A stretch of DNA of 64,000 nucleotides. Origin: Nemertoderma westbladi. Its lineage: Eukaryota; Animalia; Xenacoelomorpha. Numbering within the stretch: the stretch's first letter is position 1; each line of letters begins with the position of its first letter. The notes beneath the pieces were generated by a model that did not search any database, was not told the origin of the DNA, and worked only from the letters and a program-made list of their open reading frames with translations. Positions 39,401-54,400 of this stretch are shown one piece after another. The position numbers and the translations under genes were made by a program. The DNA is taken from positions 113,353 to 177,352 of the forward strand of contig JAUCBJ010007900.1 of NCBI GenBank assembly GCA_032718475.1, read 5' to 3'.

Positions 39401-42400
39401 TAACATATTGATAAACACAGAGGTAGGAACATAGTAACAGATTGATAAACACAGAGGTAGGAACATAGTAACATATTGATAAACACAGAGGTAGGAACAT
39501 ATTTATAAACACAGAGGTAGAAAGTAGGCATATGTTGATAAACACAGAGGTAGGAACATAGTAACAGATTGATAAACACAGAGGTAGGAACATAGTAACA
39601 GATTGATAAACACAGAGGTAGGAAAGTAGTAACATATTGATAAACACAGAGGTAGGAACATATTTATAAACACAGAGGTAGAAAGTAGGCATATGTTGAT
39701 AAACACAGAGGTAGGAACATAGTAACAGATTGATAAACACAGAGGTAGGAACATAGTAACAGATTGATAAACACAGAGGTAGGAAAGTAGTAACATATTG
39801 ATAAACACAGAGGTAGGAACATATTTATAAACACAGAGGTAGAAAGTAGGCATAGGTTGATAAACACAGAGGTAGAAAGTAGGAATAGGTTGATAAACAC
39901 AGAGGTAGGAACATAGTAACAGATTGATAAACACAGATGTAGGAACATAGTAACAGATTGATAAACACAGAGGTAGGAACATAGTAACAGATTGATAAAC
40001 ACAGAGGGAGGAAAGTAGTAACATATTGATAAACACAGAGGTATAAAGTAGGAATAGGTTGATAAACACAGAGGTAGAAAGTAGGAATAGGTTGATAAAC
40101 ACAGAGGTAGGAACATAGTAACAGATTGATAAACACAGAGGTAGGAAAGTAGTAACATATTGATAAACACAGAGGTAGGAACATATTTATAAACACAGAG
40201 GTAGAAAGTAGGCATAGGTTGATAAACACAGAGGTAGAAAGTAGGAATAGGTTGATAAACACAGAGGTAGGAACATAGTAACAGATTGATAAACACAGAT
40301 GTAGGAACATAGTAACAGATTGATAAACACAGAGGTAGGAAAGTAGTAACATATTGATAAACACAGAGGTAGGAACATAGTAACAGATTGATAAACACAG
40401 AGGTAGGAAAGTAGTAACATATTGATAAACACAGAGGTAGGAACATAGTAACAGATTGATAAACACAGAGGTAGGAAAGTAGTAACATATTGATAAACAC
40501 AGAGGTAGGAACATAGTAACAGATTGATAAACACAGAGGTAGGAAAGTAGTAACATATTGATAAACACAGAGGTAGGAACATAGTAACAGATTGATAAAC
40601 ACAGAGGTAGGAAAGTAGTAACATATTGATAAACACAGAGGTAGGAACATATTTATAAACACAGAGGTAGAAAGTAGGCATAGGTTGATAAACACAGAGG
40701 TAGGAACATAGTAACAGATTGATAAACACAGAGGTAGGAACATAGTAACAGATTGATAAACACAGAGGTAGGAAAGTAGTAACATATTGATAAACACAGA
40801 GGTAGGAACATAGTAACATATTGATAAACACAGAGGTAGGAAAGTAGTAACATATTGATAAACACAGAGGTAGGAACATAGTAACAGATTGATAAACACA
40901 GAGGTAGGAAAGTAGTAACATATTGATAAACACAGAGGTAGGAACATATTTATAAACACAGAGGCAGAAAGTAGGCATAGGTTGATAAACACAGAGGTAG
41001 GAACATAGTAACAGATTGATAAACACAGAGGTAGGAACATAATAACAGATTGATAAACACAGAGGTAGGAAAGTAGTAACATATTGATAAACACAGAGGT
41101 AGGAACATAGTAACAGATTGATAAACACAGAGGTAGGAAAGTAGTAACATATTGATAAACACAGATGTAGGAACATATTTATAAACGCAGAGGTAGGAAC
41201 ATAGTAACAGATTGATAAACACAGAGGTAGGAAAGTAGTAACATATTGATAAACACAGAGGTAGTAACATATTGATAAACACAGAGGTAGGAACATAGTA
41301 ACAGATTGATAAACACAGAGGTAGGAAAGTAGTAACATATTGATAAACACAGATGTAGGAACATATTTATAAACGCAGAGGTAGGAACATGGTAACAGAT
41401 TGATAAACACAGAGGTAGGAAAGTAGTAACATATTGATAAACACAGAGGTAGGAACATATTGATAAACACAGAGGTAGGAACATAGTAACAGATTGATAA
41501 ACACAGAGGTAGGAAAGTAGTAACATATTGATAAACACAGAGGTAGGAACATATTTATAAACACAGAGGTAGAAAGTAGGCATAGGTTGATAAACACAGA
41601 GGTAGGAACATAGTAACAGATTGATAAACACAGAGGTATGAAAGTAGTAACATATTGATAAACACAGAGGTAGGAACATAGTAACAGATTGATAAACACA
41701 GAGGTAGGAAAGTAGTAACATATTGATAAACACAGAGGTAGGAACATAGTAACAGATTGATAAACACAGAGGTAGGAAAGTAGTAACATATTGATAAACA
41801 CAGAGGTAGGAACATAGTAACAGATTGATAAACACAGAGGTAGGAACATAGTAACAGATTGATAAACACAGAGGTAGGAAAGTAGTAACATATTGATAAA
41901 CACAGAGGTAGGAACATATTTATAAACACAGAGGTAGAAAGTAGGCATATGTTGATAAACACAGAGGTAGGAACATAGTAACAGATTGATAAACACAGAG
42001 GTAGGAACATAGTAACAGATTGATAAACACAGAGGTAGGAAAGTAGTAACATATTGATAAACACAGAGGTAGGAACATATTTATAAACACAGAGGTAGAA
42101 AGTAGGCATAGGTTGATAAACACAGAGGTAGAAAGTAGGAATAGGTTGATAAACACAGAGGTAGGAACATAGTAACAGATTGATAAACACAGATGTAGGA
42201 ACATAGTAACAGATTGATAAACACAGAGGTAGGAACATAGTAACAGATTGATAAACACAGAGGGAGGAAAGTAGTAACATATTGATAAACACAGAGGTAT
42301 AAAGTAGGAATAGGTTGATAAACACAGAGGTAGAAAGTAGGAATAGGTTGATAAACACAGAGGTAGGAACATAGTAACAGATTGATAAACACAGAGGTAG

Positions 42401-45400
42401 GAAAGTAGTAACATATTGATAAACACAGAGGTAGGAACATATTTATAAACACAGAGGTAGAAAGTAGGCATAGGTTGATAAACACAGAGGTAGAAAGTAG
42501 GAATAGGTTGATAAACACAGAGGTAGGAACATAGTAACAGATTGATAAACACAGATGTAGGAACATAGTAACAGATTGATAAACACAGAGGTAGGAAAGT
42601 AGTAACATATTGATAAACACAGAGGTAGGAACATAGTAACAGATTGATAAACACAGAGGTAGGAAAGTAGTAACATATTGATAAACACAGAGGTAGGAAC
42701 ATAGTAACAGATTGATAAACACAGAGGTAGGAAAGTAGTAACATATTGATAAACACAGAGGTAGGAACATAGTAACAGATTGATAAACACAGAGGTAGGA
42801 AAGTAGTAACATATTGATAAACACAGAGGTAGGAACATAGTAACAGATTGATAAACACAGAGGTAGGAAAGTAGTAACATATTGATAAACACAGAGGTAG
42901 GAACATATTTATAAACACAGAGGTAGAAAGTAGGCATAGGTTGATAAACACAGAGGTAGGAACATAGTAACAGATTGATAAACACAGAGGTAGGAACATA
43001 GTAACAGATTGATAAACACAGAGGTAGGAAAGTAGTAACATATTGATAAACACAGAGGTAGGAACATAGTAACATATTGATAAACACAGAGGTAGGAAAG
43101 TAGTAACATATTGATAAACACAGAGGTAGGAACATAGTAACAGATTGATAAACACAGAGGTAGGAAAGTAGTAACATATTGATAAACACAGAGGTAGGAA
43201 CATATTTATAAACACAGAGGCAGAAAGTAGGCATAGGTTGATAAACACAGAGGTAGGAACATAGTAACAGATTGATAAACACAGAGGTAGGAACATAATA
43301 ACAGATTGATAAACACAGAGGTAGGAAAGTAGTAACATATTGATAAACACAGAGGTAGGAACATAGTAACAGATTGATAAACACAGAGGTAGGAAAGTAG
43401 TAACATATTGATAAACACAGATGTAGGAACATATTTATAAACGCAGAGGTAGGAACATAGTAACAGATTGATAAACACAGAGGTAGGAAAGTAGTAACAT
43501 ATTGATAAACACAGAGGTAGTAACATATTGATAAACACAGAGGTAGGAACATAGTAACAGATTGATAAACACAGAGGTAGGAAAGTAGTAACATATTGAT
43601 AAACACAGATGTAGGAACATATTTATAAACGCAGAGGTAGGAACATGGTAACAGATTGATAAACACAGAGGTAGGAAAGTAGTAACATATTGATAAACAC
43701 AGAGGTAGGAACATATTGATAAACACAGAGGTAGGAACATAGTAACAGATTGATAAACACAGAGGTAGGAAAGTAGTAACATATTGATAAACACAGAGGT
43801 AGGAACATATTTATAAACACAGAGGTAGAAAGTAGGCATAGGTTGATAAACACAGAGGTAGGAACATAGTAACAGATTGATAAACACAGAGGTATGAAAG
43901 TAGTAACATATTGATAAACACAGAGGTAGGAACATAGTAACAGATTGATAAACACAGAGGTAGGAAAGTAGTAACATATTGATAAACACAGAGGTAGGAA
44001 CATAGTAACAGATTGATAAACACAGAGGTAGGAAAGTAGTAACATATTGATAAACACAGAGGTAGGAACATAGTAACAGATTGATAAACACAGAGGTAGG
44101 AAAGTAGTAACATATTGATAAACACAGAGGTATGAACATAGTAACAGATTGATAAACACAGAGGTAGGAAAGTAGTAACATATTGATAAACACAGAGGTA
44201 GGAACATATTTATAAACACAGAGGTAGAAAGTAGGCATAGGTTGATAAACACAGAGGTAGGAACATAGTAACAGATTGATAAACACAGAGGTAGGAACAT
44301 AGTAACAGATTGATAAACACAGAGGTAGGAAAGTAGTAACATATTGATAAACACAGAGGTAGGAACATAGTAACATATTGATAAACACAGAGGTAGGAAA
44401 GTAGTAACATATTGATAAACACAGAGGTAGGAACATAGTAACAGATTGATAAACACAGAGGTAGGAAAGTAGTAACATATTGATAAACACAGAGGTAGGA
44501 ACATATTTATAAACACAGAGGCAGAAAGTAGGCATAGGTTGATAAACACAGAGGTAGGAACATAGTAACAGATTGATAAACACAGAGGTAGGAACATAAT
44601 AACAGATTGATAAACACAGAGGTAGGAAAGTAGTAACATATTGATAAACACAGAGGTAGGAACATAGTAACAGATTGATAAACACAGAGGTAGGAAAGTA
44701 GTAACATATTGATAAACACAGATGTAGGAACATATTTATAAACGCAGAGGTAGGAACATAGTAACAGATTGATAAACACAGAGGTAGGAAAGTAGTAACA
44801 TATTGATAAACACAGAGGTAGGAACATATTTATAAACACAGAGGTAGGAACATGGTAACAGATTGATAAACACAGAGGTAGGAAAGTAGTAACATATTGA
44901 TAAACACAGAGGTAGGAACATATTGATAAACACAGAGGTAGGAACATAGTAACAGATTGATAAACACAGAGGTAGGAAAGTAGTAACATATTGATAAACA
45001 CAGAGGTAGGAACATATTTATAAACACAGAGGTAGAAAGTAGGCATAGGTTGATAAACACAGAGGTAGGAACATAGTAACAGATTGATAAACACAGAGGT
45101 ATGAAAGTAGTAACATATTGATAAACACAGAGGTAGGAACATAGTAACAGATTGATAAACACAGAGGTAGGAAAGTAGTAACATATTGATAAACACAGAG
45201 GTAGGAACATAGTAACAGATTGATAAACACAGAGGTAGGAAAGTAGTAACATATTGATAAACACAGAGGTAGGAACATAGTAACAGATTGATAAACACAG
45301 AGGTAGGAAAGTAGTAACATATTGATAAACACAGAGGTAGGAACATATTTATAAACACAGAGGTAGAAAGTAGGCATATGTTGATAAACACAGAGGTAGG

Positions 45401-48400
45401 AACATAGTAACAGATTGATAAACACAGAGGTAGGAACATAGTAACAGATTGATAAACACAGAGGTAGGAAAGTAGTAACATATTGATAAACACAGAGGTA
45501 GGAACATATTTATAAACACAGAGGTAGAAAGTAGGCATATGTTGATAAACACAGAGGTAGGAACATAGTAACAGATTGATAAACACAGAGGTAGGAACAT
45601 AGTAACAGATTGATAAACACAGAGGTAGGAAAGTAGTAACATATTGATAAACACAGAGGTAGGAACATATTTATAAACACAGAGGTAGAAAGTAGGCATA
45701 TGTTGATAAACACAGAGGTAGGAACATAGTAACAGATTGATAAACACAGAGGTAGGAACATATTTATAAACGCAGAGGTAGGAACATAGTAACAGATTGA
45801 TAAACACAGAGGTAGGAAAGTAGTAACATATTGATAAACACAGAGGTAGGAACATATTTATAAACACAGAGGTAGGATCATGGTAACAGATTGATAAACA
45901 CAGAGGTAGGAAAGTAGTAACATATTGATAAACACAGAGGTAGGAACATATTGATAAACACAGAGGTAGAAAGTAGGCATAGGTTGATAAACACAGAGGT
46001 AGGAACATAGTAACAGATTGATAAACACAGAGGTATGAAAGTAGTAACATATTGATAAACACAGAGGTAGGAACATAGTAACAGATTGATAAACACAGAG
46101 GTAGGAAAGTAGTAACATATTGATAAACACAGAGGTAGGAACATAGTAACAGATTGATAAACACAGAGGTAGGAACATAGTAACATATTGATAAACACAG
46201 AGGTAGGAACATATTTATAAACACAGAGGTAGAAAGTAGGCATATGTTGATAAACACAGAGGTAGGAACATAGTAACAGATTGATAAACACAGAGGTAGG
46301 AACATAGTAACAGATTGATAAACACAGAGGTAGGAAAGTAGTAACATATTGATAAACACAGAGGTAGGAACATATTTATAAACACAGAGGTAGAAAGTAG
46401 GCATATGTTGATAAACACAGAGGTAGGAACATAGTAACAGATTGATAAACACAGAGGTAGGAACATAGTAACAGATTGATAAACACAGAGGTAGGAAAGT
46501 AGTAACATATTGATAAACACAGAGGTAGGAACATATTTATAAACACAGAGGTAGAAAGTAGGCATAGGTTGATAAACACAGAGGTAGAAAGTAGGAATAG
46601 GTTGATAAACACAGAGGTAGGAACATAGTAACAGATTGATAAACACAGATGTAGGAACATAGTAACAGATTGATAAACACAGAGGTAGGAACATAGTAAC
46701 AGATTGATAAACACAGAGGGAGGAAAGTAGTAACATATTGATAAACACAGAGGTATAAAGTAGGAATAGGTTGATAAACACAGAGGTAGAAAGTAGGAAT
46801 AGGTTGATAAACACAGAGGTAGGAACATAGTAACAGATTGATAAACACAGAGGTAGGAAAGTAGTAACATATTGATAAACACAGAGGTAGGAACATATTT
46901 ATAAACACAGAGGTAGAAAGTAGGCATAGGTTGATAAACACAGAGGTAGAAAGTAGGAATAGGTTGATAAACACAGAGGTAGGAACATAGTAACAGATTG
47001 ATAAACACAGATGTAGGAACATAGTAACAGATTGATAAACACAGAGGTAGGAAAGTAGTAACATATTGATAAACACAGAGGTAGGAACATAGTAACAGAT
47101 TGATAAACACAGAGGTAGGAAAGTAGTAACATATTGATAAACACAGAGGTAGGAACATAGTAACAGATTGATAAACACAGAGGTAGGAAAGTAGTAACAT
47201 ATTGATAAACACAGAGGTAGGAACATAGTAACAGATTGATAAACACAGAGGTAGGAAAGTAGTAACATATTGATAAACACAGAGGTAGGAACATAGTAAC
47301 AGATTGATAAACACAGAGGTAGGAAAGTAGTAACATATTGATAAACACAGAGGTAGGAACATATTTATAAACACAGAGGTAGAAAGTAGGCATAGGTTGA
47401 TAAACACAGAGGTAGGAACATAGTAACAGATTGATAAACACAGAGATAGGAACATAGTAACAGAATGATAAACACAGAGGTAGGAAAGTAGTAACATATT
47501 GATAAACACAGAGGTAGGAACATAGTAACATATTGATAAACACAGAGGTAGGAAAGTAGTAACATATTGATAAACACAGAGGTAGGAACATAGTAACAGA
47601 TTGATAAACACAGAGGTAGGAAAGTAGTAACATATTGATAAACACAGAGGTAGGAACATATTTATAAACACAGAGGCAGAAAGTAGGCATAGGTTGATAA
47701 ACACAGAGGTAGGAACATAGTAACAGATTGATAAACACAGAGGTAGGAACATAATAACAGATTGATAAACACAGAGGTAGGAAAGTAGTAACATATTGAT
47801 AAACACAGAGGTAGGAACATAGTAACAGATTGATAAACACAGAGGTAGGAAAGTAGTAACATATTGATAAACACAGATGTAGGAACATATTTATAAACGC
47901 AGAGGTAGGAACATAGTAACAGATTGATAAACACAGAGGTAGGAAAGTAGTAACATATTGATAAACACAGAGGTAGTAACATATTGATAAACACAGAGGT
48001 AGGAACATAGTAACAGATTGATAAACACAGAGGTAGGAAAGTAGTAACATATTGATAAACACAGATGTAGGAACATATTTATAAACGCAGAGGTAGGAAC
48101 ATGGTAACAGATTGATAAACACAGAGGTAGGAAAGTAGTAACATATTGATAAACACAGAGGTAGGAACATATTGATAAACACAGAGGTAGGAACATAGTA
48201 ACAGATTGATAAACACAGAGGTAGGAAAGTAGTAACATATTGATAAACACAGAGGTAGGAACATATTTATAAACACAGAGGTAGAAAGTAGGCATAGGTT
48301 GATAAACACAGAGGTAGGAACATAGTAACAGATTGATAAACACAGAGGTATGAAAGTAGTAACATATTGATAAACACAGAGGTAGGAACATAGTAACAGA

Positions 48401-51400
48401 TTGATAAACACAGAGGTAGGAAAGTAGTAACATATTGATAAACACAGAGGTAGGAACATAGTAACAGATTGATAAACACAGAGGTAGGAAAGTAGTAACA
48501 TATTGATAAACACAGAGGTAGGAACATAGTAACAGATTGATAAACACAGAGGTAGGAAAGTAGTAACATATTGATAAACACAGAGGTAGGAACATATTTA
48601 TAAACACAGAGGTAGAAAGTAGGCATATGTTGATAAACACAGAGGTAGGAACATAGTAACAGATTGATAAACACAGAGGTAGGAACATAGTAACAGATTG
48701 ATAAACACAGAGGTAGGAAAGTAGTAACATATTGATAAACACAGAGGTAGGAACATATTTATAAACACAGAGGTAGAAAGTAGGCATAGGTTGATAAACA
48801 CAGAGGTAGAAAGTAGGAATAGGTTGATAAACACAGAGGTAGGAACATAGTAACAGATTGATAAACACAGAGGTAGGAAAGTAGTAACATATTGATAAAC
48901 ACAGAGGTAGGAACATATTTATAAACACAGAGGTAGAAAGTAGGCATAGGTTGATAAACACAGAGGTAGAAAGTAGGAATAGGTTGATAAACACAGAGGT
49001 AGGAACATAGTAACAGATTGATAAACACAGATGTAGGAACATAGTAACAGATTGATAAACACAGAGGTAGGAAAGTAGTAACATATTGATAAACACAGAG
49101 GTAGGAACATAGTAACAGATTGATAAACACAGAGGGAGGAAAGTAGTAACATATTGATAAACACAGAGGTAGGAACATATTTATAAACACAGAGGTAGGA
49201 ACATGGTAACAGATTGATAAACACAGAGGTAGGAAAGTAGTAACATATTGATAAACACAGAGGTAGGAACATATTGATAAACACAGAGGTAGGAACATAG
49301 TAACAGATTGATAAACACAGAGGTAGGAAAGTAGTAACATATTGATAAACACAGAGGTAGGAACATATTTATAAACACAGAGGTAGAAAGTAGGCATAGG
49401 TTGATAAACACAGAGGTAGGAACATAGTAACAGATTGATAAACACAGAGGTATGAAAGTAGTAACATATTGATAAACACAGAGGTAGGAACATAGTAACA
49501 GATTGATAAACACAGAGGTAGGAAAGTAGTAACATATTGATAAACACAGAGGTAGGAACATAGTAACAGATTGATAAACACAGAGGTAGGAAAGTAGTAA
49601 CATATTGATAAACACAGAGGTAGGAACATATTTATAAACACAGAGGTAGAAAGTAGGCATAGGTTGATAAACACAGAGGTAGAAAGTAGGAATAGGTTGA
49701 TAAACACAGAGGTAGGAACATAGTAACAGATTGATAAACACAGATGTAGGAACATAGTAACAGATTGATAAACACAGAGGTAGGAAAGTAGTAACACATT
49801 GATAAACACAGAGGTAGGAACATATTTATAAACACAGAGGTAGAAAGTAGGCATATGTTAATAAACACAGAGGTAGGAACATAGTAACAGATTGATAAAC
49901 ACAGAGGTAGGAAAGTAGTAACATATTGATAAACACAGAGGTAGGAACATATTTATAAACACAGAGGTAGAAAGTAGGCATAGGTTGATAAACACAGAGG
50001 TATAAAGTAGGAATAGGTTGATAAACACAGAGGTAGGAACATAGTAACAGATTGATAAACACAGAGGTAGGAAAGTAGTAACATATTGATAAACACAGAG
50101 GTAGGAACATATTTATAAACACAGAGGTAGAAAGTAGGCATAGGTTGATAAACACAGAGGTAGAAAGTAGGAATAGGTTGATAAACACAGAGGTAGGAAC
50201 ATAGTAACAGATTGATAAACACAGATGTAGGAACATAGTAACAGATTGATAAACACAGAGGTAGGAAAGTAGTAACATATTGATAAACACAGAGGTAGGA
50301 ACATAGTAACAGATTGATAAACACAGAGGTAGGAAAGTAGTAACATATTGATAAACACAGAGGTAGGAACACAGTAACAGATTGATAAACACAGAGGTAG
50401 GAAAGTAGTAACATATTGATAAACACAGAGGTAGGAACATAGTAACAGATTGATAAACACAGAGGTAGGAAAGTAGTAACATATTGATAAACACAGAGGT
50501 AGGAACATAGTAACAGATTGATAAACACAGAGGTAGGAAAGTAGTAACATATTGATAAACACAGAGGTAGGAACATATTTATAAACACAGAGGTAGAAAG
50601 TAGGCATAGGTTGATAAACACAGAGGTAGGAACATAGTAACAGATTGATAAACACAGAGGTAGGAACATAGTAACAGATTGATAAACACAGAGGTAGGAA
50701 AGTAGTAACATATTGATAAACACAGAGGTAGGAACATAGTAACAGATTGATAAACACAGAGGTAGGAAAGTAGTACCATATTGATAAACACAGAGGTAGG
50801 AACATAGTAACAGATTGATAAACACAGAGGTAGGAAAGTAGTAACATATTGATAAACACAGAGGTAGGAACATATTTATAAACACAGAGGTAGAAAGTAG
50901 GCATAGGTTGATAAACACAGAGGTAGGAACATAGTAACAGATTGATAAACACAGAGGTAGGAACATAGTAACAGATTGATAAACACAGAGGTAGGAAAGT
51001 AGTAACATATTGATAAACACAGAGGTAGGAACATAGTAACAGATTGATAATCACAGAGGTAGGAAAGTAGTAACATATTGATAAACACAGAGGTAGGAAC
51101 ATAGTAACAGATTGATAAACACAGAGGTAGGAAAGTAGTAACATATTGATAAACACAGAGGTAGGAACATAGTAACAGATTGATAAACACAGAGGTAGGA
51201 AAGTAGTAACATATTGATAAACACAGAGGTAGGAACATATTTATAAACAAAGAGGTAGAAAGTAGGCATAGGTTGATAAACACAGAGGTAGGAACATAGT
51301 AACAGATTGATAAACACAGAGGTAGGAACATAGTAACAGATTGATAAACACGGAGGTAGGAAAGTAGTAACATATTGATAAACACAGAGGTAGGAACATA

Positions 51401-54400
51401 TTTATAAACACAGAGGTAGAAAGTAGGCATAGGTTGATAAACACAGAGGTAGGAACATAGTAACAGATTGATAAACACAGAGGTAGGAACATAGTAACAG
51501 ATTGATAAACACAGAGGTAGGAACATAGTAACAGATTGATAAACACAGAGGTAGGAAAGTAGTAACATATTGATAAACACAGAGGTAGGAACATAGTAAC
51601 AGATTGATAAACACAGAGGTAGGAAAGTAGTAACATATTGATAAACACAGAGGTAGGAACATATTTATAAACGCAGAGGTGGGAACATAGTAACAGATTG
51701 ATAAACACAGAGGTAGGAAAGTAGTAACATATTGATAAACACAGAGGTAGGAACATATTTATAAACACAGAGGTAGGAACATGGTAACAGATTGATAAAC
51801 ACAGAGGTAGGAAAGTAGTAACATATTGATAAACACAGAGGTAGGAACATATTGATAAACACAGAGGTAGGAACATAGTAACAGATTGATAAACACAGAG
51901 GTAGGAACGTAGTAACATATTGATAAACACAGAGGTAGGAACATATTTATAAACACAGAGGTAGAAAGTAGGCATAGGTTGATAAACACAGAGGTAGGAA
52001 CATAGTAACAGATTGATAAACACAGAGGTATGAAAGTAGTAACATATTGATAAACACAGAGGTAGGAACATAGTAACAGATTGATAAACACAGAGGTAGG
52101 AAAGTAGTAACATATTGATAAACACAGAGGTAGGAACATAGTAACAGATTGATAAACACAGAGGTAGGAAAGTAGTAACATATTGATAAACACAGAGGTA
52201 GGAACATAGTAACAGATTGATAAACACAGAGGTAGGAAAGTAGTAACATATTGATAAACACAGAGGTAGGAACATATTTATAAACACAGAGGTAGAAAGT
52301 AGGCTTAGGTTGATAAACACAGAGGTAGGAACATAGTAACAGATTGATAAACACAGAGGTAGGAACATAGTAACAGATTGATAAACACAGAGGTAGGAAA
52401 GTAGTAACATATTGATAAACACAGAGGTAGGAACATATTTATAAACAATAGGTTGATAAACACAGAGGTTGGAACATAGTAACAGATTGATAAACACAGA
52501 GGTAGGAAAGTAGTAACATATTGATACTACTACTACTACTACTACTAGGATCGGCATGCTGCATTGCAGCTGCATTTTTAAGAATGCTGTGCCGGCTTGT
52601 CAACAAAATTGCACCGCCACAACTCCCTATCACCCATGACATTTGCTAGATCATCCGCATCTTTAAGGCCAGTGTCCTTTAAGATGCGTCTCAAGAAAGT
52701 CATGGGCTGTCCACCATGCTTATTCACTCCATGAGGCTGCCAAAGTACAAGATTATGCACTGGCTGATCCTCACGGCGAAAGCAATGTCCTGCAAAGCGG
52801 AGGCGATTTTGTTCTAGTGTCAAGCTTGGGGGAACCAATGAGACACCTCCAATGTTATATAGTGTCTGGTTGGAGATGTGTGCATTGTACTTTACACAAT
52901 GAACCCGGCGTAGCATTCTTGTGAATGTGCCATCCAGAGATTTGGTGTCCTCAGCAGTTAGAGCCCAGCATGGACTCCCGTAGAGGAGTACTGGAACTAC
53001 TGCTGCTCTAAATAATCGGACCTTAAGTTTCCGATTAATTCTCGGTGACTTCCAAATCCTGGAAAGCCTATTCAAGGCTGCCCATGCCTTTCCCTTATGT
53101 ATTCGAAGGTCCTCACCTGACTTCCGGATCCATGATCCCAGGTAACAGAAGTCGTCCACATGCTCAAGCATACCATCCTTTGAGCTTATGCTCATCCGAT
53201 CAGAGACTTGCTGAGGACTTTCAAAGTTAACTGTCAGAATTTTGGTCTTTCTGGAGTTAATAAAAAGACCAACACTAGAAGCAGCATGTTCTAATGAGCT
53301 GAGGAGCCGTTGGGCTCCCTCTAATGATTCTGAGAGTACTCCTAAGTCATCAGCAAAGTCTAGATCAGTTAGGTACTTGGCAGGATTTCCTCGACTTCTG
53401 GAGCCAGTAGGTGGAGTTATCATCACCCCATCATCATTATAATGATCTAAGGACATGCGTAGAACATAGTCAACCACAATAATGAACAAGAATGGTGCAA
53501 GTGTGTCTCCTTGGAGGACGCCCCATAACACTTCAAATGGTTCTGTGTCACCGTCAACAGTAGACACAAGACATATTGACTATATACCAACATATCAACA
53601 TATTGATAAACACAGAGGTAGGAACATATTTATAAACACAGAGGTAGAAAGTAGGCATAGGTTGATAAACACAGAGGTAGAAAGTAGGAATAGGTTGATA
53701 AACACAGAGGTAGGAACATAGTAACAGATTGATAAACACAGAGGTAGGAAAGTAGTAACATATTGATAAACACAGAGGTAGGAACATATTTATAAACACA
53801 GAGGTAGAAAGTAGGCCTAGGTTGATAAACACAGAGGTAGAAAGTAGGAATAGGTTGATAAACACAGAGGTAAAAGTAGGAATAGGTTGATAACCACAGA
53901 GGTAGGAACATATTGATAAACACCGAGGTAGGAAGAGATTGATAAACATAGAGGTAGGAACATATTGATAAACACCGAGGTAGGAAGAGATTGATAAACA
54001 TAGAGGTAGGAACATATTGATAAACGCATATATAGGAACATGCAGTAGTAACAGGTTGATAAACACCGAGGTAGGAACATATTGATAAACACAGAAATAG
54101 GAACATACAGTAGTAACAGGTTGATAAACACAGAGGTAGGAACATATTGATAAACACCGAGGTAGGAAGAGATTGATAAACATAGAGGTAGGAACATATT
54201 GATAAACACCGAGGTAGGAAGAGATTGATAAACACAGAGATAGGAACATATTGATAAACATAGAGGTAGGAACATATTGATAAACACGGAGATAGGAACA
54301 TATTGATAAACACAGAGGTAGGAAGAGATTGATAAACATAGAGGTAGGAACATATTGATAAACACAGAGATAGGAACATATTGATAAACATAGAGGTAGG

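Noticed and set aside
24197-52520. CRISPR-like pattern of constant core plus variable spacer
   Set aside because: The spacers are only 7-15 bp and of a few recurring types; no cas genes; eukaryotic context.
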